This document shows positions 1 to 13,200 of a stretch of 48,161 bases of DNA, in pieces. This DNA is from Catajapyx aquilonaris. Lineage: Eukaryota. Both the position numbers and the translations under genes were made by a program. Positions within the stretch are counted from its first letter, which is position 1, and each line of letters starts with the position of its first letter. The notes below the pieces were generated by a model. That model saw nothing but the letters and a program-made list of their open reading frames with translations, ran no database searches and was not told the origin of the DNA. The DNA lies in assembly GCA_000934665.2 (NCBI GenBank), contig KZ538137.1, forward strand, positions 124,001 through 172,161, read 5' to 3'.

Positions 1-1162
1 GCATGTATGGTCCTGCAAGTGATGTCACGCCTGTAAACATGGCTGCCAGTAAAGGGACCATATATCTAAAGGAGAAGTCCATCGTGGTGACCTCCTGTAT
101 CGGCTCTTTAATCGGCCGGACTCAACCCCCAGATATCACTTGCAAAGCCTGGTATCTGTGACGCAATGGGTTCTAACAACCAATCCCGGAACAGGCTTCT
201 CGCGCGGGTTGGGTGTGTAGGTGGGGGCAAGGGTAGGGGTTTCTCTGTCAGGTTAGGGGGTTGGAGAATCAGACGCAGCGGGCAGTTGTGATTGTTGCAC
301 CACTACTTTTAAAAATCCATCATGTTGCATAGGGTGGTAGGAAGTAATTATTTTTCATGAGGTCTTTAGGTGCGCAATGTGATCCGTGTGACCGGCGGTA
401 CAATAAATCCTTCCCAACTATACAATGAGCATCCAAACTGGCCCTCAGGCTGCCCCTGGGTGCACCCCACACCATTGCAGTGCATTCAGCTGGGGATGTG
501 ATGATAAATCCAACATTACATAACTGAGAACGCACATTCAAAGTGGCCCCCTGGCAGCCCCCAAGCCCCAGGCCTCCCCCGGGCACTCTCCCCCCCAACC
601 TGAAGCAAACCCTGCCCCACCGAAACTCCCTGGGGGCCTGAAAAAGCCCAGGGCCAACCCTCCCGTAAGTCCTATGGAATCTAGAGAGGTCCCGTGGATT
701 TGCAGGATGATTTCAATCGCGCGCCTCCCGTAACTTTTCACCACGGTGGCGTCCGTCGTCTGTACGGGAGTTACGTCACAATTTACGCCCCTTCAGACTT
801 ACGCGAGCCACCACGATTCCGGCCTTAATGTGCCAGTCTCTGCAGTACAGTAGTCGGTTGACATGTTTCAACTGCCGAGGTAAAAAAAAGAGTACAATTT
901 TGAAGTTGTCTACAATTTGTAACTCAAAGAAGATCAAAGAAATAATGTAAGGCAGTGGTTGAAGCTACAAGCATTTTTGAGAAATTACTTGTGAACTGTG
1001 TTTTCAAAGTAGACCGTGAGATTGAGGATTGGCCAATCACATGATATGATGCTGCTTTTGATGGGTTTTACAGTACCAGGAAAAGTTACATAAAAATAAG
1101 TGGGAATTATCAGATGAGGCTAGAATTGGCAAAGTAATTTTTGGAATAAATTTTGGAAAGCA

Positions 1163-1381
1163 TATCGTTTATCTGCACCTAGCGACGAGGCGGGGTTGGG
1201 AAGGTGTGGTGGACTCCAAACATGTTGGCTACGTGTTGCAAACAATCGGTTGCCAGGAGAGCACAACAACGGGCGTCTTCTTACCCAAGGCACCCGATTG
1301 TTTGCAACGCAACGTTGCCAACCGTCGGGAGGCCCCCCGCGCCCAACCCCGACCGCGTTGTTAAGGTGTGGATAAACAATA
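1163..1381. repeat. Long imperfect palindrome (foldback/MITE-like)
   Basis: TATCGTTTATCTGCACCT (1163) pairs with AGGTGTGGATAAACAATA (ends 1381). CGGGGTTGGG (1191-1200) pairs with CCCAACCCCG (1342-1351). Inner arms 1224-1254 and 1289-1322 include a perfect 15-bp GTTGCAAACAATCGG/CCGATTGTTTGCAAC. Confidence 0.8.
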
Positions 1382-2844
1382 GTTTATCCTATTTAAGTGG
1401 TCATTAATCAAGTATGTTGTGCATGACCTATCTCAATCATAATAAAACAACAACAACCCCATCCACCCACAATATTCCATTGCACGGTACATCATGCTGC
1501 CATGACATCCATCTGCTATCCCCATCCCCTGTACTGCATATCTGACATTGCATGTTCCCTTATCCTGTACTGTCTAAAGGCATCTAGACATGCACTTCAC
1601 ATACATAGGCATTGGTCTCTCAAATTGAGAAACAGAGCAACTATGTTTTTACATCACTCTGGACAGAGGAGACTGGAACAAGTAATCAATCTGCTTCCCT
1701 TGTTAGATTCTGTGTGCAAATCTGGAGAGACGTTTGTTTATTCATCCTGTAGTCAGAGAGTACGTTACTGCTACGTTACTCCTTGTAGTGGCCACAAGCA
1801 AGTGGGAAGCAAGAATTGTGCTTGCTGGGCATCAATCTCTGATCAGAGCCACTCATAGTTTCATAACCCTCCAACTTGATTCAGACCAGGAGCCATAACA
1901 AATAACCAGAAGTAAATAATTTTCCTACCGAAGAAAGTCAAGAAATGACGCCATACTCTGTAAATGTAGGATAGTGCTATAGCTGAGCATCAACATTGTG
2001 CTTTGGATAGATTTTGTAGGATGATGGTACAGACTGGGGAGATGGACATGTGACATGAACGTCTCTTGGTATTTGAGAGCTTGTGTGAGTGCACAGTTTG
2101 TAGTGAAGCTGAAAGAGCTTTCTGCTTAACTTTACCTTGTGGTCTGGTTGGGAATGCAGTACCTTGCTTGTCAGTCTATGTGGTATTTAAAGTTCCTTTC
2201 CTGATCTGTCATCATCATCATCGTGCAATGACATGGGCTCAGATCCACACCAGAGCCTTTGGATGGTTAAGCTCATCTGGTACCTTGGCACTAATTCGGG
2301 AGATTCCTATTGAAAATTAAAGCACTGAGAATTTTGCAGGTGAAACAGCAGGCCTTCCATGAAGGCATTGTGACATCATGTGACTGGAACAAATAGTACT
2401 TGCAGTATTCAGTTATTTACTCGGGGATAGTTTCAAGTTGTGCTGGTACATCTTCAGGGATATGTTTTGTCAATTGTGTAGGAAATTCTGAATTGGAACA
2501 TTGATATCTGGACACATGCAAGTCTCCTCTGATACCATGCTCTACGCTTAAATGCATCTTTTAAGAATTCTCGAGAATGCCAGTGAAGTTTAATGGCATG
2601 GCACATTGAAGAATTCTTGATTTGCGTGTGATTGGCTGTTGTTGAAACAAATCAATCCTATGTCTGGTTGAAGTGCAGTTTGATCCAGCTCAAGTGTGAA
2701 AACGATGTTCAGCTGCCAATCATAATGCCCCTTTTCCCAGGGTTGCTAACTATTATTCCCTTTGAGGTAGTGTATATTTTGAACCTTTTATGTGACTTGC
2801 GCCATGCTTTGCTTGAGTCTCAAAGCTCCCATCTTGCCTTGCAG

Positions 2845-3123
2845 GGCAACCCACCTGGTGGCAGCACCAATGGCACTGGAGGTAGCCAGCCAAATCAGTC
2901 CAACCAGCAAGGGCCTGGTGAAGGGCCTGGCAGGGGTGGAGGACGGGGTGGGGGAGGCGGTGGAGGCAGTGGAGGTGGTTCTGGAGACAGATACTATGGG
3001 TACAGTGGAGGAGGAGGACCACCACCCCAGGGTCAATCTTATCCACCTTACGGAGGAGGAGGAGGAGGATACTATCCAGGGCAACAGCCACCGCCACCCC
3101 AGCAAGCCCAGGAAGGGCAGTGA
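2845..3123 (+). CDS. Probable terminal coding exon of an unidentified gene; Gly/Pro/Gln/Tyr low-complexity C-terminus
   Basis: Acceptor cttgccttgcAG ends at 2844. The phase-0 frame reads GNPPGG...DRYYGYSGGGGPPPQGQSYPPYGGGGGGYYPGQQPPPPQQAQEGQ, then TGA TGA and AT-rich UTR-like sequence. No upstream exons identified in the window. Confidence 0.6.
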   Translation, partial: GNPPGGSTNGTGGSQPNQSNQQGPGEGPGRGGGRGGGGGGGSGGGSGDRYYGYSGGGGPPPQGQSYPPYGGGGGGYYPGQQPPPPQQAQEGQ

Positions 3124-5178
3124 TGAAGAGGCCTGCACATAAACAAAACTGAAAAAAAATAATATCGTTTTGGTTCACCTGCTTGGAGTTCGTAAGTATA
3201 GACTCTTCGAAAAGTTTGGGGCTGGGTGGGGGGACCAAGGATGTGTTGTTCCCTGTCCTTAGTTGCTCCCATTTTGCAGGCGCCAGAGGCATCTTCACAT
3301 TGCCACATCACATAGGAGATATATTTTTATATTTGTTTACTTCTATCTGATTTTTGTGATATAAGCTTTCATGTGCCCTTCATTACTTGCATAGAATGAA
3401 CTGTGTAGTATGTGTTTTTTTTTTTTTTTCATATTTTGTGCTGATTGATTAGGCACCTGGTACCTGATATAAGTAATATTTGTTAATCTTAATGTTGGAA
3501 TATTTGAAACCTGTGCTTAGATGTGTCTAAGGCCTGCTTTCCCAATATCTATCCTTATTTAATTTCCAGCTGGATGTTGCCTTAAATTGCTGATTTATTT
3601 CCAGAAAAAATGGGTAAGTCATACCCACATAGTTGCAAATACTGCAACTACATGGCGAATGTGGTGGAACTAACCATTTTTCCCTTTCAGCTTTTTCTTT
3701 ACTGTAATGTGGAAACCTTTTTTTATGAGGGCAAGTGTTGACATAAATTGCATTGCTTGTTGTGTCTTTTTTCAGATACGTATTGTTGCAAGAGTCGATC
3801 GATCCTCAGTTGCTTCTTCACCCCCAAAGCGATTCATCCAGCCATTTCCATTTAAAATATGAGAATAAGCCTGTGTCTGTCATTTAACACACTTGTCGAA
3901 GGGTACGTTCACTGTGGTTATTATTTTTTCCTGATGCCTTTTTTGCCAGTTCATTATATGGTATATCTGTAAGACATGAGATGTTATTGGCGGTGATGTT
4001 GGCTGTAAGAGAAGGGCACAAAAAGGTAAAACAAAGGGTTTATTTTTTAAGGCTGTTGTAAGTACCTGTGCACTGATTTTGATTTGCATATTTCGGGGTC
4101 TCAATAGTTACGTACATATATTTTTAACCACGTGACAATCATTAGTGGGATTGTCCTGCTTTTTAAAAACCAAATTTCCTCTTTTCCTCATCCTTTGACT
4201 ATCATGTACTTGTGAGTAGCTAACCTTTTCCACCACCCCTCACTCTCCTTAGTACTTAACATTGTAAGGTTAATTTGAGTTAAGTGTTGAATTATCATGT
4301 GAATGCCATACCATGGTTTGAAAGTAAGAAAATGAGCAAAGTAGAAAAGGGCACCAGTTGTCACCTGAAAGTGTCTGTGTTTATATGCACCACAGCATAA
4401 GTGCACACCTCTCGTCAAGCCTGGGATGTCAATCATGCCGTATATGATTGTGTACAATTGCGTTTTCTCCCATGTCTTTTCCCCTCTGAGAAATTCTCGA
4501 AGGTTTTGGAGCAGCCTTGCTTGGTCAGGTGGAAACATCGGTTTGAGTAAGCTTGTGAGCTTTTGATTACCCTGTAGGGTTGGCGCAACGACTTTTCTCA
4601 TAGTGCCGGGGTTTCCACTAGTTTTGATCACCATTGTTGCATAAGCTGGTTATTCGTCGACATGTCCGGTATTTGTTTTCTTTGGCGATATTTCATTTAT
4701 TTTTACACACGTGTTGGTATTTCTCTCCTCTCTGCCATGCATTTTGTTCATAGGTTTTGATAGGGTATGCATTTTTGTGCATGGTTGGTATATTTCCTAG
4801 TATTAATGCCCATGTTGACTTGATTTAGGGATCTCATATCTGGAGGTTTATTGTTTGCCATGTTTGCCAGCCTGTTTTTTCAGGGGACGGTGGTTTTCCC
4901 AAGAGAAGGGAGTGCGAGAGAGAGCGAATTTAATCATGCATTTGAGAGGCGCCCCCGTCGCTTGCATTCCCTGCCTTAAAAAAAAAAGTAGCCAAATCCT
5001 GGTAAGGAGTACGTTAAACTGAATTTGCCAAAAGCCATTAATAACCCCAGGGTTTTATCATTTTTGTCTCGTTTGTTCATTTATTCCGGTCGTACATTTT
5101 AATCTTGATGCTGATAGAGTTTATGATTGATGCCCTGATATCGATATGATTGAATGCCTTGACCTCGTTGTTGAATTT

Positions 5179-5270
5179 TGATTGCCATGACCTGATTGAT
5201 TGCTATGATCTCATTGATTGATTGATTGATTGATTACCATGCTCTAAATGATCTAATTGCCATGATAATC
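5179..5270. repeat. (GATT)n microsatellite within a degenerate GATTGCCATGA minisatellite
   Basis: Repeated gattgccatga/gattgctatga/gattaccatg units and a ttgattgattgattgattgatt run. Confidence 0.7.
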
Positions 5271-6309
5271 TCAAATGGTTTGATTACAGGACAGGGTATA
5301 TAGTGGTTTTTTGGCTTCATTTTTTGTGTGTCTTTGTTGACATGTGCAAGGTTCGACATAGCTCATCATTTCTTGGCTGCGGGAATTATAAAAACTCATC
5401 CAGCTCCACACTCTTGACAGTGTCGCCATATGCCAGTTGTTCATTTCCAGCCATTGTTTGTGTAGGACAAAATTTTGAGAAGAGGAAAGTTTAACCCCGC
5501 AGTCCTCCCAGAGGAGACAGAGCGGATAAGCAAAAGTTTTTAAGAATTTGACTCGTAATAACGGAATCTCTTTGCAAAAAGTGGTGGAGAGAGAGGGCAA
5601 AACGAACGCATTCAAACCAAATGATATTCCATGGAAACAAAGAAAAAAGAGATTGAGGGAAAATCGTGTAGTGAGAAGCCCGTGGTGGTGTTGAATCATC
5701 GGCTGCAGAGGGAGAGAGACTCGTGGGATGAAATAGAGAGAAAGCGAAAAACAGACATTGCCCTGAATATACCCAGCTCGATAGCACTGTAAGAGGGATG
5801 AAGCGAAGGTATGTGAAAAGCCCTTGTAAATAGTAGCTGTTAACGATGCTCACGTATGTGTGGGGTTAGGTGTGTATGTGTGTGTGTTTTGTCTAATCTT
5901 CAAGCTCGACTTGTGTACCCTCTGCTATCTTTGGCAGTAACGGGAGTAATAAAAGTGATTATAACATTACAGCCCCTTTTATTTCGACTATCCCCCTTAA
6001 AAAAGTTGCAGGTACCTGTACTGCAGTACAACGAATTTGTAGATAGCACTGGTGACGTGGAATTTACACTTTCCTGTCTAATACAGTAGCGTCAGATACA
6101 GTATCGGATAGTGTTCACTAGTTGGCCGAGAGATGGCGCGGGTGTCTGCAAAACTGCCCTGGTCTCGTAATTGCTTCATATTATTTTATCTCCCTTTCTA
6201 ATTACGCAATACTGATATTGAAGTGGTGATAATGAGGAAGGACGGATAGCAAAACGGAGGGAGATTTGTAAAAAAAAGACCTCGTGCCGTGACAACCCCT
6301 TTCGGGAGT

Positions 6310-6381
6310 TGCCGTGACCAGGATTCGAACCTGGGTTATTGCGGCCACAACGCAATGTCCTAACCACTAGACGATCACGGC
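6310..6381 (-). tRNA. tRNA-His (GTG)
   Basis: Reverse complement is GCCGTGATCGTCTAGTGGTTAGGACATTGCGTTGTGGCCGCAATAACCCAGGTTCGAATCCTGGTCACGGCA: cloverleaf, A/B boxes, GTG anticodon. T-run Pol III terminator at 6270-6277. Confidence 0.97.
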
Positions 6382-6710
6382 TAAGGAGAGGCCTCGGGAT
6401 GGGTGTGCTCTCCGGTGCTACCCATTCCCAAACGAGGGTGGCGGAGGGAGGCAGGGGGGGTCCCAGTGGCACCTGCCCGCTACCTTCGAATCTGAAAGTA
6501 ATGCTGTTCGCACATGCAACCACTCGACCATTAATAACTTCAAAACTGTTTTTATTAAAAATATCAATTACACTGTTCACACTGCTGAAAATGCAGCAAA
6601 TATGTAGTCACAAACAATGATTGAGTAAATGTCTGCAAATATTGCATAAATATGTCAACACGAAAGTTTTAATCCAGATAAACTTATTTACTATGATTTC
6701 AAAAAGTCCT

Positions 6711-9527
6711 TCACTCATCTGACGTCACCTGAGATGGCACAGCTTTAGCCACTTTCTGTTCCGACACCCTGTAGAACACAAAAGTGACCCCAGCATTCCA
6801 GGCCAGTCTGAGTGCCTGGTCTGGCACCTGCTTAGACATGGCTGCGTGGTGCCAGTTTTGCAGATCCATGGCTGCTGCGTCATCCACCTCTTCCATTTTT
6901 GGAGGCTCCCTTGTCTGCACATTCCCAATGCACCTCTTGCAGCGCATTGCCGTGTGAGTGTCTGATGTTGTTACCTCACTCAGCATGAACAGCTGCTTCA
7001 TTTCTTTCCGGCTAAAGTTGCGCTGTGCACCAGCACCATCGACAACACAGGCCCCGACTGCTTTCTTCAGTGCTTGTCGCTGAAACATCTTTTCTTCCAT
7101 TGTGCCAGTAGCTAGTAGCCGATAGACAAAGCAGGGCCGTTGTTGTCCGTCACGCCAAACTCGTGCCAGTGCCTGTTCGTCATTTGCTGGATTCCAATCT
7201 GGATCGACCAATATTAGACGATTGGCCCCGATGAGGTTAAGTCCACAACCACCGGCCTTAGAAGAAAGCAGAAGCACACGTGATGTCGCATCTGTGACAT
7301 CATTGAATCTGGCAACCACCTTGGCCCGAGCCGTTGCAGAAGTGGCACCATCTAGTCGTAAGCATCCAATACGCCGCAACTCACATAGACGCTGTAGAAC
7401 AGTCAGTGTCAAAGTGGAGTTGGACACTAGTACCATCTTGTCTGGGGCAGTTGCAGCCAGAATGGCATCCACCACCCTCATCTTCCCCGATTCTTCAACT
7501 CGAAGGGGACCAGATTGGGCTGAGTCCTTGGTGAGGTCTGGATGAGCAATTAGTTTCTTGAGCCAGGCTATGGCAGTCAGGGCTGTGGTTCCACCCTTTT
7601 GAGAATTGCTGTTGGAGCCTGCCATCTGCAGTGCCTGCAGACAATAAAAGTGGTTGTGTGATGCACAGGACAAGAATGCAGTGAGTTCAACTCTGACCCT
7701 GGGCAGTCTTTCAGTTCGGTGAAAAGATCATAACACCCACTGAATCAAGATTTTTTTCCAAATTTTAAAACCCAAACTTGTCAATTGAGTGCAGTATTCC
7801 CTTCATAAGTTTCTACTTTTTCAGTACAACTTCCCCAACCTTTATAAGACTTAAACAGGTGCAATTAAGCAAATTATGAGATGCGTACCTGAGGGTAGAG
7901 TTGCTTTTGTACTGGTGTGAGCGACACACAGACAACCAGATCAATCTTCGGTGGGAGGAACTTTCTCAGAAGAGCTTGTGATCGTCTCAGGACAAACCGC
8001 CCAGCCAGTTGCCAGAGAGCTGCCATCCTTTCTGCACCCAACTGCTGTTCCTTCTCCGTAGCATCTGGGTCATTGGCTCGCAATATTGGAATCTCATAGT
8101 AGCCTCGGAATTGGGCTGCTTCTCCAAGCAGACCCTGTCACAAAAGAATTTGGTGTTAGTGGCACCATACCGTATAACATGTTCATATGAAGGCATTGTA
8201 CATGCATCGCAATAGCAATATAATGTAATACACCTAACCTGGCACGCAAGCTGTAGCAATGCAAAGTATTCCTTCAGGTCATTCTGAACTGGAGTCCCTG
8301 TTACAAGAAGTGTCGCTTGAGTTTGTAACTGTGCCACGGCTATGTATGTCTGTGAGGCTGCATTCTTCAGTCTGTGAGCTTCATCACAAACCAGTAATCC
8401 AAGCTTCACATTCTTCATCGACTCGATGTTCATTCGCAGTGCTTCATATGACAGCACCAGTACTGTTGGTCTCCTACATGTTGCCACACTCGCAGAGAAT
8501 TGATTCAATTTTCTTGCAACATCTGGACCAGGTTTAAGTGCTGTGACAGGCAGTCTATCACCCAACCATTTCTTAACCTCATCTGCCCAATTCTGAACTA
8601 ATACAGAAGGGGCCACAACAACTACATTGGTACCCCAGGGTGGCCCTGCTGGACTCTGGCGTAACAAGGTCCATGACAATGTGACACACTGTAGAGTCTT
8701 TCCAAGTCCCATCTCATCAGCAAGTATGCAACCACGGCACGATTCATCCCGCAGGCCTGTCACACATTCATACATCCACTGCACCCCCTCCCGCTGGTGC
8801 GGTCTTAGTCTGGTTGCAAGAAGAGGATCTACCACCACAGCCACCTCCTGGTCAGTGGCAGTCATCTGTTCCTGCAGGCTTAGTGGTGCTGGTGAATACA
8901 CCACCAGCGCATCTGGAGCATCAGGGTCATGTAAGGGTTGGCGGACCCCTGACCGTCGAATTCCCAGCGAGCGGTACGGGCTCCCTGACTGGTAATTTGC
9001 CAGAGGTACTCGGAATGGGCGGCACAGGATGCTATTTATTAGTGCTTCCTGCAAACAAGATTGAGAAACTGTATTTAAATTTGACGGTACTTTTCCATTG
9101 CTCACTACTTATTAGCATACGTATGACAAGAGTACTACATAACAAAATGGAATGAAAGTAATGACAATTCTGTACAATTATGCATTACATTGCTTTCAAT
9201 AATTGTCAAAGCAGATAACTGGCTAAGTTTCTGACACTTACATGTTCTGTATGCATATCTTCATTCTCTTCATTTGATGTGACAGGAGCCGTAGCTGCTG
9301 GCTTGATGCTGGGAGCTACACACACACGACGACGGCCAGTGTGCGTTGGGGAATCATCCAGGCGGCGCTTGACCACCTGGCTTGGTGCCAGGCTGCGTCT
9401 CTGCAACATGATTTCATTTACAGTAAGTACACTTACATCAAACGTGGCATGGTAAAACCCGTAAAACCATTCTTCTTGCCCACATGCCCTTGTGCTTTCA
9501 CTAGCACTATGGCCCCTGACTTACCAT
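6711..9527 (-). CDS. RAD54L: DNA repair and recombination protein RAD54-like (SNF2 helicase), about 713 aa
   Basis: Exons 9527-9525 (ATG only, then GTAAGT), 9400-9242, 9048-8239, 8134-7889, 7634-6711, all GT-AG and in frame. N-terminus MRRSLAPSQ. Motifs LRPHQREG, LADEMGLGKT, CDEAHRLKN, TGTPVQNDL, LSSKAGGCGLNLIGANRL, DPDWNPAND, QALARVWRDGQ. Confidence 0.95.
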
Positions 9528-10240
9528 TGCTTATGTGGGAATCAGCTGACCGGGCAGGGCGCAATGCTGGCTATCCACATATCCGCAGCCGTTGGGAAGC
9601 CATCGTGTCCCGACATGTTCCCACTCCCTCCCGTTCGGCCGGTAAGGTCCCCGCCGGCGCGGCGGCCACCGGCTTTCCCGCTTCCGCCATCTTGGAAAAC
9701 ATCAAGGTGGACAGAACCAGGGTGGACAGAACATACATTTAATCCGATTTAATCTCAAACACCACCACATTCCGTTGTTACTTGTTTATTCATTATTATG
9801 AACAGAATTGCTAACAAATGACGTGACCCGAGTGACCCATAATGTGCACTGGTTGCGTTCATTCTCGCCAGGTGTCGCCAGGATGGCCCTATCAAAAAAT
9901 TTGATAATCTCGCCGGCAGCGCCTTCTGTCCGTCCCACCCCGAACCGTGTAGTAGCGGTTGAGTAGACGAAGAAAGGAGAAATCCCCGTTACGGTGGTTT
10001 CCGGCCGAATGGACCTCCTCCTCCTCCTCCCCCGGGCGCCCCCGAAATTGCCGCCGCGCCCCGCCTCCTAGAGCAAAGTGAGGGGGGGCCCAGGGGCTGT
10101 GCAGCACCGCACCTGCAGTGAGCCAGCCACAAGGGGGGGAGGAAGGGGCCCGATATACCGGGGGCTGCAGTGGAAACACAGTGCGGTGAGAGAAGAAGGA
10201 AGGAAAGAGAGATAAGTCTTTGGCAGTGGGTTGGCCGGCC
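9528..10240. promoter_or_regulatory. CpG-rich bidirectional promoter between RAD54L and the taperin-like gene
   Basis: Divergent start codons 713 bp apart; GC/CpG-rich. YY1-like CCGCCATCTT near 9684-9693, TGACGTGA near 9819, and a 15-bp-period duplication of GGTGGACAGAAC (9706-9732). Confidence 0.65.
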
Positions 10241-13200
10241 ATGGATAAGGGCATGGATGTGGACCCGAGTGTGCCTGCTTGGAAGCGGGAGTTGATTCTT
10301 CGTAAGCGGGCCATGTTGGCCACTAGCAGCAACTCAGTCAGCAACCTGGCATCAGGAGGAGGAGGGGGAGGAGCAGGTGGGGCGGGAGGGGTGGGCGGTG
10401 GGCAAGCAGGTGGAGCAGGCATCCGGACCGAAACGTCCCTTCACCCCACGTCGTCCACCACTACCACGGCAGTCCAGAGTGGCAGTGGAAGCAGGCCAGG
10501 TGGAGGTAGCACCAGCCTCTCCAAGATGCAGCTTCACACCACGCTGGCAGGGGCTGCTCGCAATGCAGGACGCAATAAGGCAATGGCCAACGGTGGTGGG
10601 GCTGAGAAGTCCCCTGACCAGGACTCCGTTGGGTCAGACTCCAGCGAGGAGCTGCAATATGGACCTGGGATTGTCAACAAGCTCAAGAGCAAGTACCTCA
10701 GCATTGCCATGCGCCAGGCGGTAAGTCAAAAGTCTGCACTGGGATATGTTAGATGGCCCTCGGGCATTGTAGGGTGTGTTTGGTTGTGGGACAATATTGG
10801 TCATGTTGCATGAGACTAATGCAGTTGTCACCAGGCTCAGTAGCAATCAATCTTCAACAGTTCAAATAACATGTGAAAAGTAACGTTCAAAATAATGTAT
10901 ACCTATTGTTCGAATCAGTTATTGTATAGGGTGGTGTGTCATGTGACAGTACTTACCATGATGTGACTATAACAACGCCAACTTTATGGTTGCATATGTT
11001 GAGGACTGGAATATTCATGGCAGATCTCCTTTCCCAAAGCGATTCAGAGTTAACTTCATGATCATTTCAATAAAGTCAGTGACATACGGAAATTAAGCAG
11101 TAAGCAATTACATGCTGATTTAGAGTTCTCATTGCATAAAGGACAACTTCACGCAAGTGACCATGTGCAAGAAATGCCACGCTGGAAGTGTTAATTTCTT
11201 AACATGCCTTCAACTATGCATGCAACAGATTCATAATGAGCATGTAAATGACACCTTTGCTGAGCCTGTGCCATTCATTGAATGCCACCTTGTCAGCTAT
11301 TAGTACCATTGATCAGTGATAATTCGAGTGACAAGAACAGGCATGTGACTGGCATGACATTGTAGGTGCTTCTCTTTGTGTCATCGTCCATTCATAAGCA
11401 TGTGGAGGTGCACAGCAGTGAAAGGGGCATTGAACTCTGTCTGGGACTCTAATTACCACTACAGGCTAGGAGAACCTGATATTCCCAAATCAGCATATTT
11501 TACTACTGATGGCACGTAGAAGATACTACCTGAGCTTATTTTATGAGCAGCGGAGAATAATTAGCCAAACCTTCTAGCAATGGCTATCAGATGTCTAGTA
11601 GTGATTTATAAACGTGTGTGGTGCATCCTCCGAATTGGCCTTTTTTGTGAGGGACATAAAACTGAGGGGAATGCCTCAGAACTTTAAAAATTTACGGCTC
11701 CATGAAACATGTAATATCGCCTTCTGGCCAGCGAAATTATGTGACCTTTAGACCTTAGATCTGAACTTTAAGGCCAAGGAATGGGCGGCAGGAAAATTGT
11801 TATTGCTACTAAATGGTCAATATTGCAGGCTTCTTACTTGATGACTTGTTACACACTCCTTTCCGTTATTGTTTTTACCACTTAACCTTGAAGAGAGACA
11901 TGCACCCGAAGGCTTTGTCTGTAAGCGGCTTTGCGCTCTCTTAACCCACAGGAATCTTAGCCCTTGGGTAATTCAGCCTGCTCGCACCAGTTTTGTTTGC
12001 CACAAACACTTTATATTTAAACGCAAATCCTTTAGAAAGTCAGAGTGGTTGCTATGATTTAGTTGGCTGGTTCAGGTTTGGTAGGAAGGGTGCAATGTGG
12101 AACAAGGATAATTTGGTGAGGAGCTAATTTGTAGCCTAGGAATTGTATATTTTCACTGTCCAGTGTTTAACACGGTTTAACGTCATATTCTTGGCTGGAG
12201 TATTACGTATCTATAGCTAATTTATCAGCACATTACAACGAATGCATGATGGACAGGAGTAATGTTGACATATTGCTTCTGAGAGTGACATGAGAGCATT
12301 ATGTTTGCAGACTGATCATTATCACCGATTTCATAGAAAACTGTAAAAAGTGATGTGTTCCATCATAATGTGAGTGATACTGTCAGATAAAGTCATTTGG
12401 TAGGCACCCCATTCAGATTTTACTTGTATTCTCAGATACTTAAACCTACAGATATTGTACCGTTCTGGAGTTATTTTTATTAGATGTTGCCACACACATT
12501 AGGGTTTTTAAAATTGTTGATTGACACCACATTTTTGCTTTCGATATTTTTACAGGCCAACCACCGCCCTCGGGCCAGCATTCGCCGAGTGGCCAGTCTG
12601 GAGGATTGGCTGGAACAAGATGGACTTATTGTCACGAATGAGCCAAATGTCCGGGGCAGGGCATCAAACAGCCCAGAACCAGCCACCCAGACTTTCCAAC
12701 CTAGGGGCCGGGTGCCTGGAGCTAGGGGTTCAGGAGTGGGTGGGGCTCTGGCTCGGAGGGAGAAGATGAAGCGAGCCAGATCAGTTGACACTCTTCAGAG
12801 GTCGAGGTCATCTGAAGCTGTTGGACTAGGAGACGCTATTCTTAAAAGAAGCGAGCCAGTTGACAAGGCACGGCGACCTCGGTCCCTGGTGCTGAATGGA
12901 CATCAAGCACCTCCCAGACTACCGCCCTCATCACCAGTGTTGGCAAATGAGGATATCGTGATTGTGGAATCCCAACCCCAACCCCAGCCTCGTACCCCAC
13001 CATTGCCCAGGGGTCGGATAACAAGTGTTGAGGATACAGAGTTGCCACCACCTGATACAGTCAAATCGACCCTGAAGATATTTGAAGCACTGCCTCCACC
13101 ACCATCACCGCCTCCACCTTACCCTACTCCTGCTCCTTCAAAACTGCCAAAGCCTAGTGCCAAAGAAACAAAGCCAACTCCGGCTGTACGGAAGATGACC

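Noticed and set aside
170..744. G/C-rich tracts and minus-strand ORFs 320-598 and 538-744
   Set aside because: Low complexity with no recognisable domain or splice support. G-quadruplex potential alone is uninformative.
1367..1375. TGTGGATAA, a bacterial DnaA box
   Set aside because: Single chance match in clearly eukaryotic DNA.
3500..5900. ORFs 4188-4634, 5271-5699 and 5491-5853
   Set aside because: No recognisable motifs. Homopolymer-rich, probably repeat-derived or low-quality sequence; no element ends found.
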